A model generated the notes under the pieces. It was not told where the DNA came from. It ran no database searches and saw nothing but the letters and a program-made list of their open reading frames with translations. DNA of 56,326 nt, filler included, from Squatina squatina (Eukaryota): the NCBI GenBank assembly GCA_031763465.1. It is 3 parts of 3 records of this genome, joined end to end, with 100 filler letters (N's around TTAATTAATTAA, not from the genome) between each part and the next. Parts side by side here need not be neighbours in the genome. Positions count along the whole stretch, not along the records: positions 1 to 19,976 come from JARFOE010000016.1; positions 20,077 to 43,432 come from JARFOE010000051.1; 1 more part is not named here. The stretch is one strand, 5' to 3'. This document shows positions 12,692 to 25,466 of this stretch, one piece after another. Position 1 is the first letter of the stretch. Every line of letters begins with the position of its first letter. The translations under genes and the position numbers were made by a program.

Positions 12692-13663
12692 GGCTCAGAA
12701 ATTCCGGTTGGAGCCTTCCCGTGGGCAGAGGCCTCCGACCGGAAAGATTTCTACGAAAATACCTGGTGGTCCGGGAGATTCGCAGCCTTGCATTCCAGGG
12801 CCTCAGTGCGAATGTCAGCGTAGAGGCCCAAGTATCCTAGCANNNNNNNNNNCTGCTAGGATCACGTGGGAGGCCCCAGCCAATCAAGGTAGAGGTATCT
12901 CCATTCATAGTTACTCTTTTGTGCAAACCAATTAAATTAAAAAACAGTAATTAAAATAAAAGCCAAAACTTAACAAAACCCCGGTACTTAAATTAAAACC
13001 CGATTGTCCCCGGTGAGGATGCACTCCAGTCCTCCCGGTGCCCGCCGGTCACAGAAGGCCTCAGGCGTACCGGCGGACACCGCGTGCTCCATCTCCAGGG
13101 ACACCCAGGCACGAACATAGCCGCGGAAGAGAGGCAGGCAGTCGGGACAAACCACCCCCTCGATCGCCCGCTGCCTGGACCTATTGATGGCCAGCTTGGC
13201 CAGGCCCATGAGGAGAGCCCATTCATAGTTATGTTGAGCGAGTATGACTGAAGATACCAAAAAAACCACAGGCACAGAAAAATAAATGTTTTAAAAACTC
13301 AAGTATTTAAACTAATTAAAATGCTATATAATTAAATATTTTATAATTTTTTTTTAATGTTTTAAAGTTTCTAAAAATATACCTACCTTACTGACTGAGT
13401 TTTTAATAAATAAGTGGTTTAATTCTATTTTTCAATTTTTTTAAACTCTTATGCTGCTAAAAGCAGGTCTGTATGCTTGCTTTTATCAGGATAAGAATTT
13501 GAAGGGCTTTTGCTGTGCAAGAGTTGAGTAAAGCTAACTCTCCACCCACTGAGGTCCTTCTCCTGGGATGCATTGCTTCACAGCCCGAAACCCGGAACTT
13601 GCGGGGCCCCCACGGGTGTGTGCGCACTTCATACGTGCCCGTAGGTGCCAGAATTTCAGGGCC
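12692..13663. mobile_element. Non-autonomous DNA transposon (Harbinger-like MITE) with imperfect TIRs
   Basis: Left end GGCTCAGAAATTCCGG (12692) versus reverse complement of the right end GGCCCTGAAATTCTGG (13663): 13/16 match. GC-rich subterminal arms, AT-rich core; related sequence at 40421-40724. Confidence 0.55.
12960..13220 (-). mobile_element. Tx1 (L1 group) LINE ORF2 C-terminus, nested in the MITE
   Basis: LLMGLAKLAINRSRQRAIEGVVCPDCLPLFRGYVRAWVSLEMEHAVSAGTPEAF resembles the Tx1 ORF2 tail; stop at 12988. Confidence 0.7.
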
Positions 13664-15179
13664 AGTGTTTATACAAAAATACAAAGACTAAAATATATCC
13701 TAAAACTAAAGAAAATTGACTGTAAGTTGACATTTTCAATCAGCACAGGTATCATTGCTTAACAACTTTAATGAACAAAAGATTCTGTGTACATTGCATA
13801 TTGTAAACTGCAGGGGATTGAACTAATGAAGAACCAAGACATTTAGTAATATGGCAGGCCCCAAATAAAACCATTGTTCATAACTCTGAAGAAGTCTTGT
13901 TTTAGAAATTATTGGTTTGCATTTGGAGATTGAAAAATGGCATCATCCTTCTTCAAGCTATTTTGGAAGTTATTTTTATCAGTGCTAATATTTGGTATTT
14001 GATTAAATATACATTCTTCACAATACTGTTTCTCAGTAATAAAATACTATAAACACATCTTTTATATTGAAATCTACACATCTTAAGAAATCTAAAATGC
14101 TAGACCAATTACTTGATGAATATATACACATTCTATACCTTAATTAACATTCAGTAGTGTAACTTACAATGTCATTTGCTCACAATGCCAAAAGCCTTGT
14201 GCGTTGGAGACAACATTGATAAACTGCCAGCGCACTGTAAACTGAAACATCAAGTGATTAATTGGGTTTATGAATAAAGACAATGGAACAATAAAGTTTA
14301 CCAATAAAAGACTTCACAAAGGGTACGGTTGTACAGGGATTAAGCAGTGCCAAAAAGGCACAAGCACAGAGATTCTTCTGTGGAGTCCACACCCAAGATA
14401 GGACAAGCCATATTTAAAATACTTTCAGCCTGACCCAGAAATACTGCAAAATAAATGTTCAGAAAATTTTGGTGAGTTTTATTTTCACTTAAAGTAGCTT
14501 ATGTTAAATTCAGCTTAAAAGGCCTTTTAACTTGTTGGAATTCTGGTCCATCTTGTTAATTATTTTTGAAATTTTGGATTTTCTTTCTTTTAATAATAAT
14601 GGATTTATTTACAGTACCACCATAGTTATATGTTGGACAATCTAATTCAGCGAGAAGTAAAAATATCCCATTCGCAAAGACCATTTGGGCCTTATCCTCA
14701 TTTTTTCCTGGTATCCAAGCCTCCAACTTTCTTACTCATCTTATATGCTTCCTCGTACTTCCTTGCAGCTTTATGCATCTCTTTTTCTTTTCCAATCTGC
14801 TGTCAGACTCCTTTTCCTACTGCCCCAATGACTTTTCCCTACCTGTCAATTTTATGAGGTCTTCCCTATCTTTCTGTTTGCTGTCCAGACACCTTGCTAG
14901 CTTTTATCTCAGTCTGTAGATTAGAGTGCCACAGGAGGTATGAAGTGAGACGGAAATGGCACTGGGGCTCGTAACTATGTCACCCGACCCCAACTTGCGT
15001 TTATTATTGAGGCTCCTGACTGTTTCCAACAGGAGGTTTGGCCACCTACATCAATGTCCACCTGAACATTGGAACAGGCAAACAATAAGCAATAAGTCTG
15101 TGCTTCAACCCCACTTGCAATTGTGGTGTTGCAAAGCCCCTTTATTAAGAACAAATGNNNNNNNNNNNNNNNNNNNNNN

Positions 15180-15406
15180 CATGGGAACACCACCATCTCC
15201 AAGTTCCCCTGCAAGTCACACTCCATCCTGACTTGGAAATATATTGCTGTTCCTTCATCGTCGCTGGTTCAAAATCCTGGAACTCCTTTCCTAACAGCAT
15301 TGAGGGAGTACCTTCACCACAATGGTTCAAGAAGGCGGCTCACCACCTTCTCAAGGGCAATTAGGGATGAACAATAAATGCTGGCCTTACCAGCGACGCC
15401 ACATCC
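15180..15406 (+). mobile_element. 3' end of a second LINE family (jockey-like RT, CR1/L2 group)
   Basis: GSKSWNSFPNSI...FKKAAHHLLKGN (WNxLP motif), then AATAAA and ctggccttaccagcgacgccacatcc. Confidence 0.65.
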
Positions 15407-16319
15407 AAGGTTATCAAACAAGGTTATGTAGCCAAAAAGATTGGAGTGATTCAAAATGCATATACGATGAGACAGTTTGTGAATAAGGGTGAGTTTTGAT
15501 CTGGACAGGAGAAAGAGAGACTCATCTGAAGTTCTTGCTGAGGTATACTGCTCAGGCTATGTACAGGAAGACCTCCACTGCAATCAGCTTCTACTGAATT
15601 TGTACCGAGAGTGCTTAATGCTGTCATCAAATGCCATTCTTGACAATGACAAACACACACCTGTTAAAGCCTAATCTCATCAAGAACAGCCTCAGTATTT
15701 TAAGCTTTAAAGGAGAGACAGCTACAGAACAGCGTTCTTTGAAGAAGATTGACTTCCCTATGAAAATAACTACCCAACAGGTGTATGTGTCAGCAGGATT
15801 TGTGTTAATGAGATTAGTTGGTGCTGTTTTTAAACCTAGAGATATAAGCACATTTTCCAGAGCCAGTTGTATCCAGATATAAATGCCAAGTCTTTTTCAG
15901 GTATTTCACCTGAGAACTGAAGGTTTGAGCAGCAGTTTCCAGTGTCCACTCCTTCATTACAAGCTGTCACTGATGACTGAACTGACTACAGCTGTCTAAA
16001 TGTTGTTGGACATGTCTTTGAAACTGATATGATCTCATCTGCCTCAACAATTCACACCGTGTCCTGCATGCAGAAAGCTTCATCAAAGATGTAATGGAAA
16101 TGTAACACGTAATGGAACTGCAATATTATTAACTAAAGCCTTACCACATATAGTGTGATTAGTTAATGCTTGCTCGCATCTGTACTGTGTGTATAGTATA
16201 GCTCAGCAAAGATTTTTGGCTGCAAGGATTGACTGGAGACAAATGATGAATGACATTTACCGTACACATCAGACTGAATGCAAATGGCATTTATTATGCT
16301 AAATATCAAAATAGGCTCC

Positions 16320-16446
16320 ATGTGATATCAAGAAACGGCTGGGCACACTGGACACAGCAAAGGCAATGGGCCCAGACAACATCCCAGCTATCGTCCTGAA
16401 GACTTGTGCGCCAGAACTAGCTGCGCCTGTAGCCAAGCTGTTCCAG
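16320..16446 (+). mobile_element. Jockey-like LINE RT N-terminal fragment
   Basis: KAMGPDNIPAIVLKTCAPELAAPVAKLFQ; same family as 34716-36124. Confidence 0.8.
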
Positions 16447-18139
16447 NNNNNNNNNNNNNNNNNNNNNNNNNNNNNNNNNNNNNNNNNNNNNNNNNNNNNN
16501 NNNNNNNNNNNNNNNNNNNNNNNNNNNNNNNNNNNNNNNNNNNNNNGGCATCAGCCATCCTTTCCAAGAGCATCAGTGCTTGAAATTACACTCGCATCAT
16601 AGCAAATACTATCGGTTTACATGTTAATATATTTTATAATGCATGTTAGGGCTCAGTATGCAGGGCCGTTCAGATTACATCTATTACTTAAATGCCAATA
16701 ACTGGTATGCAGATAAACCTCTGTGGTTTACATCTAATTAATCTGTTAAAAAGCATAACTGAATATTAATGAACCAATCTCTTTCAATGGTCCAGGTGTC
16801 CTCCAGTGCAGATTGCACGGTGATTGTAAATTGAATGTTCTGCCTGAGCCTCAGGCTCCTTTAGGCCTGACTGAACCAAAGATAATTATTGTTTCTGTGC
16901 AAAGAGGGAGACTGAGGCAGCACATTTAAAGGGACTGTTTTGTACTGCACAGCAAACTTGTAAAACATAAAGCTTCACAAAGATGAATTGGGATATCCAA
17001 CATGGTGAGAATTATGTAGTCCATCAGTTCAGTAATAATTTTTGAATCATTTAACAGACAGGTGTTCTACATTGCATCTTTGATGCTGTCCAACAGCTTA
17101 ATTATGAACTGTCATGTTAGATTTCCCCAATTTGACTGCAAGGATATTTTTTTATCTTGCAAGGTTCTTTGCCACGATGATTCACCTATTGACAGGATCT
17201 GAATCACTTTCTTGGTGGATGATTAGGGCAGTTGTTGAAATTTTTCCTTATTTTCCCCACAATGTAATTCTTAAATGATTTATTACTAAAATAACTTGTA
17301 ATATGATATGCCTTTCAAGTTGCAATAAAGGTCAAAAGTAAAGTTGAAAGAATGATTCAGAACAATTGTGCGTATTTAGTGTAAGTGATTTACTTTCTTT
17401 TAGTGGCTATTTTTGGTGAAATTATATAAGACAATTTAAAGTGTTCTTGTCTGAAAACATTTGGAAGTCAGAAAAGATGTTGAGATTATTTGAGGTTGCA
17501 TGTAAGTCTTATTCTCTGATCTCACCAAAATTGGGGCTATGACCAAGCCAGCAACGTGGGGGGCTGGCCTGGGTCATTTTTCCAATTTAGGCCTCTCTCC
17601 TTAATTTGGAAAACATCTGCAGGAAGTCTGGCCTGGAAGCTGGTTTGCTGCAAGTCAGAAATTAGGACAAACAGCTGCTCTTAAAGGCCTACTGCTTGCC
17701 CTTAAAGGAATGTTTAGGAATACTGCAGCTGGGTGAAGGTGGATATATAGCAGACATACTGAAATGTGTGTCATGACACAGTATTGAGACTGTATCAGTA
17801 TCTTGAAGTTCCTGTTATAGCAGTTGCAGTGAAGGAGGGTGGCCTTCTTTGGAGCAGAAGGCCAGCTATCTTTTAACCCAAGCTGTGTGGGAGAAGGTTT
17901 TGGAGTGAGAAAATGCAGACTTCCAGGTCTACTGGGAGCAGAGGAGGAAGATGTTCACTGGTATCAAAAGAAGAGGCAAGTAGGTGTTGACATCTTTGCA
18001 AAGATTCATACTTTTCCTTCATACAAGGTGCTGCCCCATNNNNNNNNNNNNNNNNNNNNNNNNNNNNNNNNNNNNNNNNNNNNNNNNNNNNNNNNNNNNN
18101 NNNNNNNNNNNNNNNNNNNNNNNNNNNNNNNNNNNNNNN

Positions 18140-18292
18140 TTAGATATAGCTCTTAAGGCTAAAGGGATCAAGGGATATGGGGAGAAAGCAGGGACAGGGT
18201 ACTGAATTTGGAAGATGAGCCATGATTTCATTGAATGGCGGAGCAGGCTCGAAGGGCCGAATGGCCTACTCCTGCTCCTATCTTCTATGTTT
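18140..18292 (+). mobile_element. CR1 LINE 3' terminus
   Basis: LDIALKAKGIKGYGEKAGTGY* followed by the CR1 3' UTR and tail. Confidence 0.8.
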
Positions 18293-19914
18293 TACAAGAC
18301 AATTCTGATCTTCTTTGTTGCATTTCCATTTCCCAAAATAGCAACATAGTTTTTAAAAAAAGCAACTAAAATAAGTGACATCTGCTATGTATTGATTTAT
18401 GTATTCTTCACATTGCTATGATTCAGTGTGCAGCAGCAGAATGGAAAATTTAGTTTTTGTCCTAAGATAAATAATACAAGAAGAACGTGCTTCAGATCAG
18501 CTAGTTAAAAGGAAGCCAGCTTCAACTGCAAGTAGCTTCTATTCTTGTCAACCTACTTACTACAATGTTCAAAGCCTTTCTTTATATGCAGGGCACAGTG
18601 TCATTATTCACCTACTTTCTTTCTTACAAGGAAAAAAATGGATAACAGTAAACAACCTGGCAAGAAAATGGATCGATAAGCCACAAAATCAAATCTGGTT
18701 CCAAGCATGTTCACTGGTATGCTTGTCATTTTCACATCGTCGTTTTTGAAATTGCCTGAACTGATGATTGAGCATCTCATAACCTATAAACATTCATCTT
18801 CCAAACATTTCCTATGACTAACCCCTCAGGAGAAGTTTTGTTGGCTTCTTTCTAGTTCTGATCAGCTCTACTTCTTTCTGCACTTACCAGATGATGCTTG
18901 GTTTAAATTCCAAATGGGGAAACTCATGTCCTAACATATACGTTAGGCATAACAATAAATTCACATAATACATTGCTTGTCTAACAAAGCCTTTGGCTGC
19001 TTAGTTGTGCAAAGTGTTGATTCACTAATGTGTTGCATCTCAGCATGGCAGCACTGGGATTCTGTCCCTTACAAAGAGAGTTACTGATCTCAGCATGGTC
19101 ATCTTAGATAATGGGAGAACTTAGTTAGAGGCAGGACAGAAATATCTGAGTCGAAGATGCTCTTTGTACCTCTTGTGAATTTTCTCAGGAATTGGTTCGG
19201 CAGAGGTTTTGGAGCAGATTGCCCATTCATTTTGTCAGCGAGTGGGTGGTTGGGCTGCGTAGGTGGGAGAACTAATGACGGGGAAAAAATAACTTACAAA
19301 TTTGGGGTGGAAACATTTTTTTTTAAATTATAGAAATGACATATATGGCCAGGGTAAACAAGTCTCATCTCTCAGGAGGAAGACAGATTCTATGCATAGC
19401 AAATTCCTATTAAAAGCAAGATGACCTTTTTAGCAAAAAATCTTACTCTTAACCAAAGCTGCTGATTTTACCCTTCTGTTGTTGATTTATCCAAAATATA
19501 TTAATTGTTTAGCCATTATGATTTTAGAAATGTTCTCTGTAGGACGCAGCTGAGCAACATTATGATTTTACTTCTAAAACATGTTCATGCTACCCAGCAC
19601 TGGTGAACTCCTTCTGCTGTAACCAATTTGATTTTGTTGATAAATATTGCCACTGGTGCTGAACGATAACCTAAATGTGTGAATTAGATTGGAATATGGT
19701 TACTGGCACATATAGACACCATACATTAATGCTCATGGTCAAAGACACTGCCACAAATTTATTGAAAGTGGTCAGACAGTTTCTACCTATCCAAACAGGC
19801 CAAGGGTCAAAACATGAAGGCTTACAGAATATTCTTATAACATTGATACTGTCAGAAGGTTTAGCATATTTGTGATGCTTTGTTCCCTTAACGTGTAAAG
19901 CTTCAGTAATGCAA

Positions 19915-19976
19915 AGAAACATAAGAACATAAGAAGTAGGAGCAGGAGTAGGCCATTCAGCCCCTCGAGCCTGCTT
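19915..19976 (-). mobile_element. CR1 3' tail, inverted
   Basis: (aagaacat)n then agcaggagtaggccattcagcccctcgagcctgc, the reverse complement of the CR1 tail. Confidence 0.75.
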
Positions 19977-20076
19977 NNNNNNNNNNNNNNNNNNNNNNNN
20001 NNNNNNNNNNNNNNNNNNNNTTAATTAATTAANNNNNNNNNNNNNNNNNNNNNNNNNNNNNNNNNNNNNNNNNNNN
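19977..20076. other. Artificial scaffold linker N44-TTAATTAATTAA-N44
   Basis: A 12-mer with stops in all six frames at 20021-20032, centred in exactly 100 positions. Confidence 0.95.
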
Positions 20077-20677
20077 TCCCTGGTGCCGGGGTAAAGGATA
20101 TCAGCAAATGGGTGCAGGCCATTCTGCGAGGAGAAGGGGGACCGCCAGAATTCACGGTCCATGATAGAACAAATGAATAGGTGGAAAAGGGTTGAGGTCC
20201 TACAAGCAGAGTTTCAGGAGCTAGGAAAAAGATTAAAGAACAGGACCTCAAAGGTGGTACTCTCTGGATTACTCCCAGTGCCACATGCTCGTGAGTACAG
20301 AACCAGGAAGACAGTGTAGGTGGATGTGTGACTGGAGAAGTGGTGCAGGAGGGAGGGCTTCAGATTCCTGAGGTATTGGGACCAGTTCTGGGGCAGGAGG
20401 GACCTGCACAAGATGGACGGGTTGCACCTCAACAGGGCTGGGACCAATGTCCTCGCGGGGAGGTTAACTGGTGCTGTGCAGGAGGATTTTGACTAATTTG
20501 CCAGGGGGAGGGGCACCAGGATGCAAGATGCCCAGAAAACTAGGAGGGACAAAGAGCAACAGAAGAAAGAATAAAGTGTAGAAAGAGCAGGAATTAGATT
20601 GAGGAAAAAGCTGACTAGCATGGTGTTGGAATGCATGCATATTAATGCGAGGAGTGTCACAAATAAGGTTGATGAGC
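20077..20677 (+). mobile_element. CR1 LINE ORF1 (esterase-like) end and ORF2 endonuclease start
   Basis: PGAGVKDIS...DGLHLNRAGTNVLAGRL (ORF1), then LECMHINARSVTNKVDE (APE motif I). Confidence 0.8.
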
Positions 20678-20777
20678 NNNNNNNNNNNNNNNNNNNNNNN
20701 NNNNNNNNNNNNNNNNNNNNNNNNNNNNNNNNNNNNNNNNNNNNNNNNNNNNNNNNNNNNNNNNNNNNNNNNNNNNN

Positions 20778-21345
20778 TGCGGGGTTGAGGAACTATGAGG
20801 TTGACCGCCGTGGAGGGAAGATCTCCAGAGGAGATGAGGTCATTGATGGTCTGGGAGATGATGGCTTGACATTCGGTAGTGGGGTCAAGGTCCAGGGGGA
20901 GGTAGGAGGAGATGTCAAGAGAGTTGGCATTTGGCCTCCGCAAGGTAGAGGTTGGTGCGCCAAACTTTGTCAGCAGGTTTAATGACAATGTTAAGGTTGG
21001 ATCTGAGAGAGCGGAGTGCTGCGAGTTCAGAGGGTGGTAGATTAGAGTGAGTGAGGGGAGCAGAGAAATTAAGACGGCCGAGTCACGTCGGCAGTTGGCA
21101 ATTAAAAGATCTAGAGAGGGTAAGAAGCCAGAGGGAGAAGTCCAGGTAGAGCGAGAAATCTGAAAACTGGAGAGAGGGTCAGCTGTGGGGGAAGATTCCT
21201 GACCAAAGAAGTGGGCATGGAGGCAGAGGTCACGGAAAAAGAGTTCAGCGTCGTGCCAAGCTCAAAATTCATTGAGGTGGGGGCGTAAGGGGATGAAGCT
21301 CAGGCCTCTGCTGAGGACCGATCGTTCATGATCAGTGAGGGGAAG
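20778..21345 (-). mobile_element. Penelope-like retroelement RT fragment
   Basis: SSYLPLDLDPTTECQAIISQTINDLISSGDLPSTAVNLIVPQPR matches the segment before the YxLPKIHK motif of Penelope RTs. Confidence 0.7.
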
Positions 21346-21364
21346 GTCAGAGGGGAGGGTGAAA

Positions 21365-21541
21365 TCCTTTTCCTTTTTGCCTGTCCTTCCTAAATGTTGA
21401 ATAACCTTGAATATTCAGTCCCCAACCTTGGTCATCCTGCAACCATGTCTCCGTAAACACAATTATATCGTACCCACTCACATCTATTTGTGCTGTTAAT
21501 TCATCTACCTTATAGCGAATGCTTCGTGCATTCAGATAGTG
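21365..21541 (-). mobile_element. CR1 ORF2 endonuclease fragment
   Basis: YLNARSIRYKVDELTAQIDVSGYDIIVFTETWLQDDQGWGLNIQGYSTFRKDRQKGKG. Confidence 0.85.
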
Positions 21542-21641
21542 NNNNNNNNNNNNNNNNNNNNNNNNNNNNNNNNNNNNNNNNNNNNNNNNNNNNNNNNNNN
21601 NNNNNNNNNNNNNNNNNNNNNNNNNNNNNNNNNNNNNNNNN

Positions 21642-21822
21642 GTCACTAAGGATATTCAAGAAGGAGGTAGATAGATTTTTAGACACTAAAGACACCAAGG
21701 TGTATGGGGAGAAAGTGGGAATATAGCGTTGAGATAGAGGATTAGCCATGATCAATTGAATGGTGGAGCAGGCTCGAAGGGCCGAATGACCTACTCCTGC
21801 CCTTATTTTCTATATTTCTATG
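21642..21822 (+). mobile_element. CR1 LINE 3' terminus
   Basis: SLRIFKKEVDRFLDTKDTKVYGEKVG plus the CR1 tail. Confidence 0.8.
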
Positions 21823-22248
21823 TAACCCTCTGAAATCGTAAACTCGAAGAACTCTGTGTGTGACGGTAGTTCTGAGGTCTAAATTCACGAGTCATTTAAC
21901 CACCAGTAGAGTGAGGCAATGGAAATGTTTTAAAGGGCACCATTTTTACCAAAAGGTGGTGGGAAAAACATTTCCATTCATCTTGAAATCAAGCTGCAAT
22001 GACAAATTCTGCTAAAGTGCACCCCAGCATCATTTTGATGTGATATCACCACGGCAAGAACATTGCACAGATCATCTGCTTCTGCTCCCTCACCAAGCAG
22101 CTTCTCAGACAAAGGCTGATAATTCCTGAACTGGGAGCTCATTTCAAANNNNNNNNNNNNNNNNNNNNNNNNNNNNNNNNNNNNNNNNNNNNNNNNNNNN
22201 NNNNNNNNNNNNNNNNNNNNNNNNNNNNNNNNNNNNNNNNNNNNNNNN

Positions 22249-24491
22249 TGTGTGTGAGTCTCTATCACTGAGTGTGTGTGAGTCTCTCTCACTGAATGCG
22301 TGTGAGTCTAACATTGTGAGCGAATGTCTCACTGGGTGTGTGCGAATCTCTCATTGGGTTTGCGCGAGTCTCTCTCACTGAGTGTGTGTGAATATCTCAC
22401 TGAGTGTGTGTCAATCTCTCTCACTGAGTGTGTGCGAGTCACTCTCACTGAATGGGTGCTAGTCTCTGTCACTGAGTCTGTGTGAGTCTCTCTCACTGAG
22501 TGTGTGTGAGTCTCACAATGTGAGCGAATCTCTCACTGAGTGTGCGCTGGTTTCTCACTGAGTGTGTGTGAGTCTCTCTCACTGAGTGTGTGCGACTCTC
22601 TCTCACTGAGTGTGTGTGATTCTCACACTGAGTGTGTGTGAGTCCCTCTCACTGAGTGTGTGCGAATCTCTCACTGAGTGTGTGTGAGTCTCTCTCACTG
22701 AGTGTGTGCGACACTCTCTCTCTGAGTGTGTGTGATTCTCGCACTGAGTGTGTGTGAGTCTCTCTCACTGAGTGTGTGCGAGTCTCTCTCACTGAGTGTG
22801 TGTGTGTCTCTCATTGAGTGTGTGTGAGTCTCTCTCACTGAGTGTGAGAGTCTCTCTCACTGGGTGTGTGTGAGTCTCTCACTGAGTGTGTGTGAGTCTC
22901 TTATTGAGTGTGTGTGAGACTCTCATTGAGTGTGCGTGAGTCTCTCTCACTGAGTGTGTGTCATTCTCTCACTGAGTGTGTGTGAGTCTCTCTCACTGAG
23001 TGTGTGTGAATATCTCACTGAGTATGTGTCAGTCTCTCTCACTGAGTGTGTGTGAATATCTCACTGAGTGTGTGTGAGTCTCTCACTGAGTGTTCATGAG
23101 TCTCTCTCACTGAGTGTGTGTGAGTCTCTCACTGAGTGTGTGTGAGTCTCTCTCACTGAGTGTGTGTGAATCTCTCACTGAGTGTGTATGAGTCTCTCTC
23201 ACTGAGTGTGTGCGACACTCTCTCACTGAGTGTGTGTGATTCTCTCACTGAGTGTGTGTGAGTCTCTATCACTGAGTGTGTGTGAGTCTCTCTCACTGAA
23301 TGCGTGTGAGTCTAACATTGTGAGCGAATCTCTCACTGAGTGTGTGCGAATCTCTCACTGGGTGTGTGCGAATCTCTCATTGAGTGTGCGCGAGTCTCTC
23401 TCACTGAGTGTGTGTGAATGTCTCACTGAGAGTGAGAGTCTCTCTCAGTGAGTGTGTGTGAATCTCTCACTGAGTGTGTGTGAGTCTCGCTTATGAGTGT
23501 GTGTGAATCTCTCACTGAGTATGTGTGAATGTCTCACTTAGTGTGTGTCAGACTGTCTCACTGAGTGTGTGTGAATCTGTCACTGAGTGTGTGTGAATAT
23601 CTCACTGATTGTGTGTCAATCTCTCTCACTGAGTGTGTGCGATTCTCTCTCACTGAATGTGTGCTAGTCTCTGTCAATGAGTCTGTGTGAGTCTCTCTCA
23701 CTGACTGTGAGAGTCTCTCTCACTGAGTGTGTGTGAGTCTCTCACTGGGTGTGTGCGAGTCTCTCACTGAGTGTGTGTGAGTCTCTTATTGAGTGAGCGC
23801 GAGTCTCTCTCACTGAGTGTGTGTGAATGTCTCACTGAAAGTGAGAGTCTCTCTCACTGAGTGTGTGTGAATGTCTCACTGAGTGTGTGTCAGTCTCTCT
23901 CACTGAGTGTGTGTGAATCTCTCACTGAGTGTGTGTGAATATCTCACTAAGTGTGTGTCAGTCTCTCTACCTGAGTGTGTGCGAGTCTCTCACTGAGTGT
24001 GTGTGAGTCTCTCACTAAGTGTGTGTGAGTCTCTCATTGAGTGTGCGCGTGTCTCTCTCACTGAGTGTGCGAAAATCTCTCACTGAGTGTGTGTGAATAT
24101 CTCACTGAGTGTGTGTCAGTCTCTCTCACTGAGTGTGTGCGTGCCTCTCTCACTGAATGTGTGCTAGTCTCTGCCACTGAGTCTGTGTGAGTCTCTCTCA
24201 CTGAGTGTGTGTGAGTCTCACAGTGTGAGCCAATCTCTCACTGAGTGTGCGTGCGTCTCTCACTGAGTGAGTGTGAGTCCCTCTCACTGAGTGTGTGCGA
24301 CACTCTCTCACTGAGTGTTTGTGATCCTCTCACTGAGTGTGTGTGAGTCGCTCTCACTGAGTGTGTGTGAGTCTCTCTCACTGAGTGTGTGTGAATGTCT
24401 CACTGAAAGTGAGAATCTCTCTCACTGAGTGTGTGTGAATCTCTCACTGAGTGTGTGCAAATCTCTCACTGGGAGCGTGCGAGTCCCTCAC
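22249..24491. repeat. Tandem satellite, ~22-24 bp unit CACTGAGTGTGTGTGAGTCTCT(CT)
   Basis: About 2.2 kb of directly visible tandem units, filling a whole contig between gaps. Confidence 0.97.
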
Positions 24492-24591
24492 NNNNNNNNN
24501 NNNNNNNNNNNNNNNNNNNNNNNNNNNNNNNNNNNNNNNNNNNNNNNNNNNNNNNNNNNNNNNNNNNNNNNNNNNNNNNNNNNNNNNNNNN

Positions 24592-25242
24592 ACTGGGGTG
24601 GGACTCCATGTCAAGCAGCTCCTTTTCCAACTGCCAATCCTGGCCTCCCACCTTTTGGTTGATCCCTTCATGTACTGTTGGCAGAAGAGATGGATGTGAG
24701 CCTTGCCCACGTCCCACCATAGCCTCAAGGAGGGGAAGCCCCCCTGCCTCCTTCTCCAGGCGGCCCAGAACCGACGAAACAACTCCCGGAACCGCTCGTC
24801 CTCCGGCAGCAGGTTGTTAAAATGCCAGTACGCGGACCACACCCTCGCGCACAGCGGAGAGAACTCTGCCCACACCAGGTGGTGGTCCAAGCACGACACC
24901 GGCCGCATGGAAGCCACCAGAACGCAGGAGGCGTACGCCCGTGAAACGTTGCGGCGGTCGATTCTGGATGCTTCTCCTCCAGACCTCACAAAAGTGAAGG
25001 CGCTGGAGTCAGGATGGAGAATTCGCCAGACGTCCGCCAAGTCGATGGACACGACCAGGTCCCTCAACTTCTCCATCCCCGCCGGGGCGTACTGGGTACC
25101 AGTGCAGTCCCTGGCCTCGAGGGTTCAGTTAAAATCCCCCCTGAGGACAATGCATTCACCGTCATTGATGGAGCTTAAAAGAGCGAAGACCTCTTGAAAG
25201 AAGCACACTTGCTGAGCATCAGCCAGGGGGGCGTACACATTC
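24592..25242 (-). mobile_element. Tx1 (L1 group) LINE ORF2 endonuclease region
   Basis: NVYAP...ECIVLRGDFN, LADVWRILHPDSSAFTF, SRIDR, DHHLV, YWHFNNLL, WWDVGKAHI are APE/Tx1 motifs; internal stop after GDFN. Confidence 0.85.
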
Positions 25243-25342
25243 NNNNNNNNNNNNNNNNNNNNNNNNNNNNNNNNNNNNNNNNNNNNNNNNNNNNNNNNNN
25301 NNNNNNNNNNNNNNNNNNNNNNNNNNNNNNNNNNNNNNNNNN

Positions 25343-25466
25343 CCCGCCATCTCTGGCTACAGTTCCCGAGTCTCCTCCCACTCCCTCCATCTCTGGCTAC
25401 AGTTCCCGAGTCTCCCACCGCTCCCTCAATCTCTGGCTACAGTTCCCGAGTCTCCCACCACTCCCC
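25343..25466. repeat. Minisatellite, ~40 bp x3
   Basis: atctctggctacagttcccgagtctc(ct)ccca...ctccct occurs three times. Confidence 0.85.

Noticed and set aside
14168-14234. AG/GT-bounded 67-nt minus-strand segment (RWQFINVVSNAQGFWHCEQMT)
   Set aside because: No recognisable protein and no partner exon; consistent with chance splice-like motifs.
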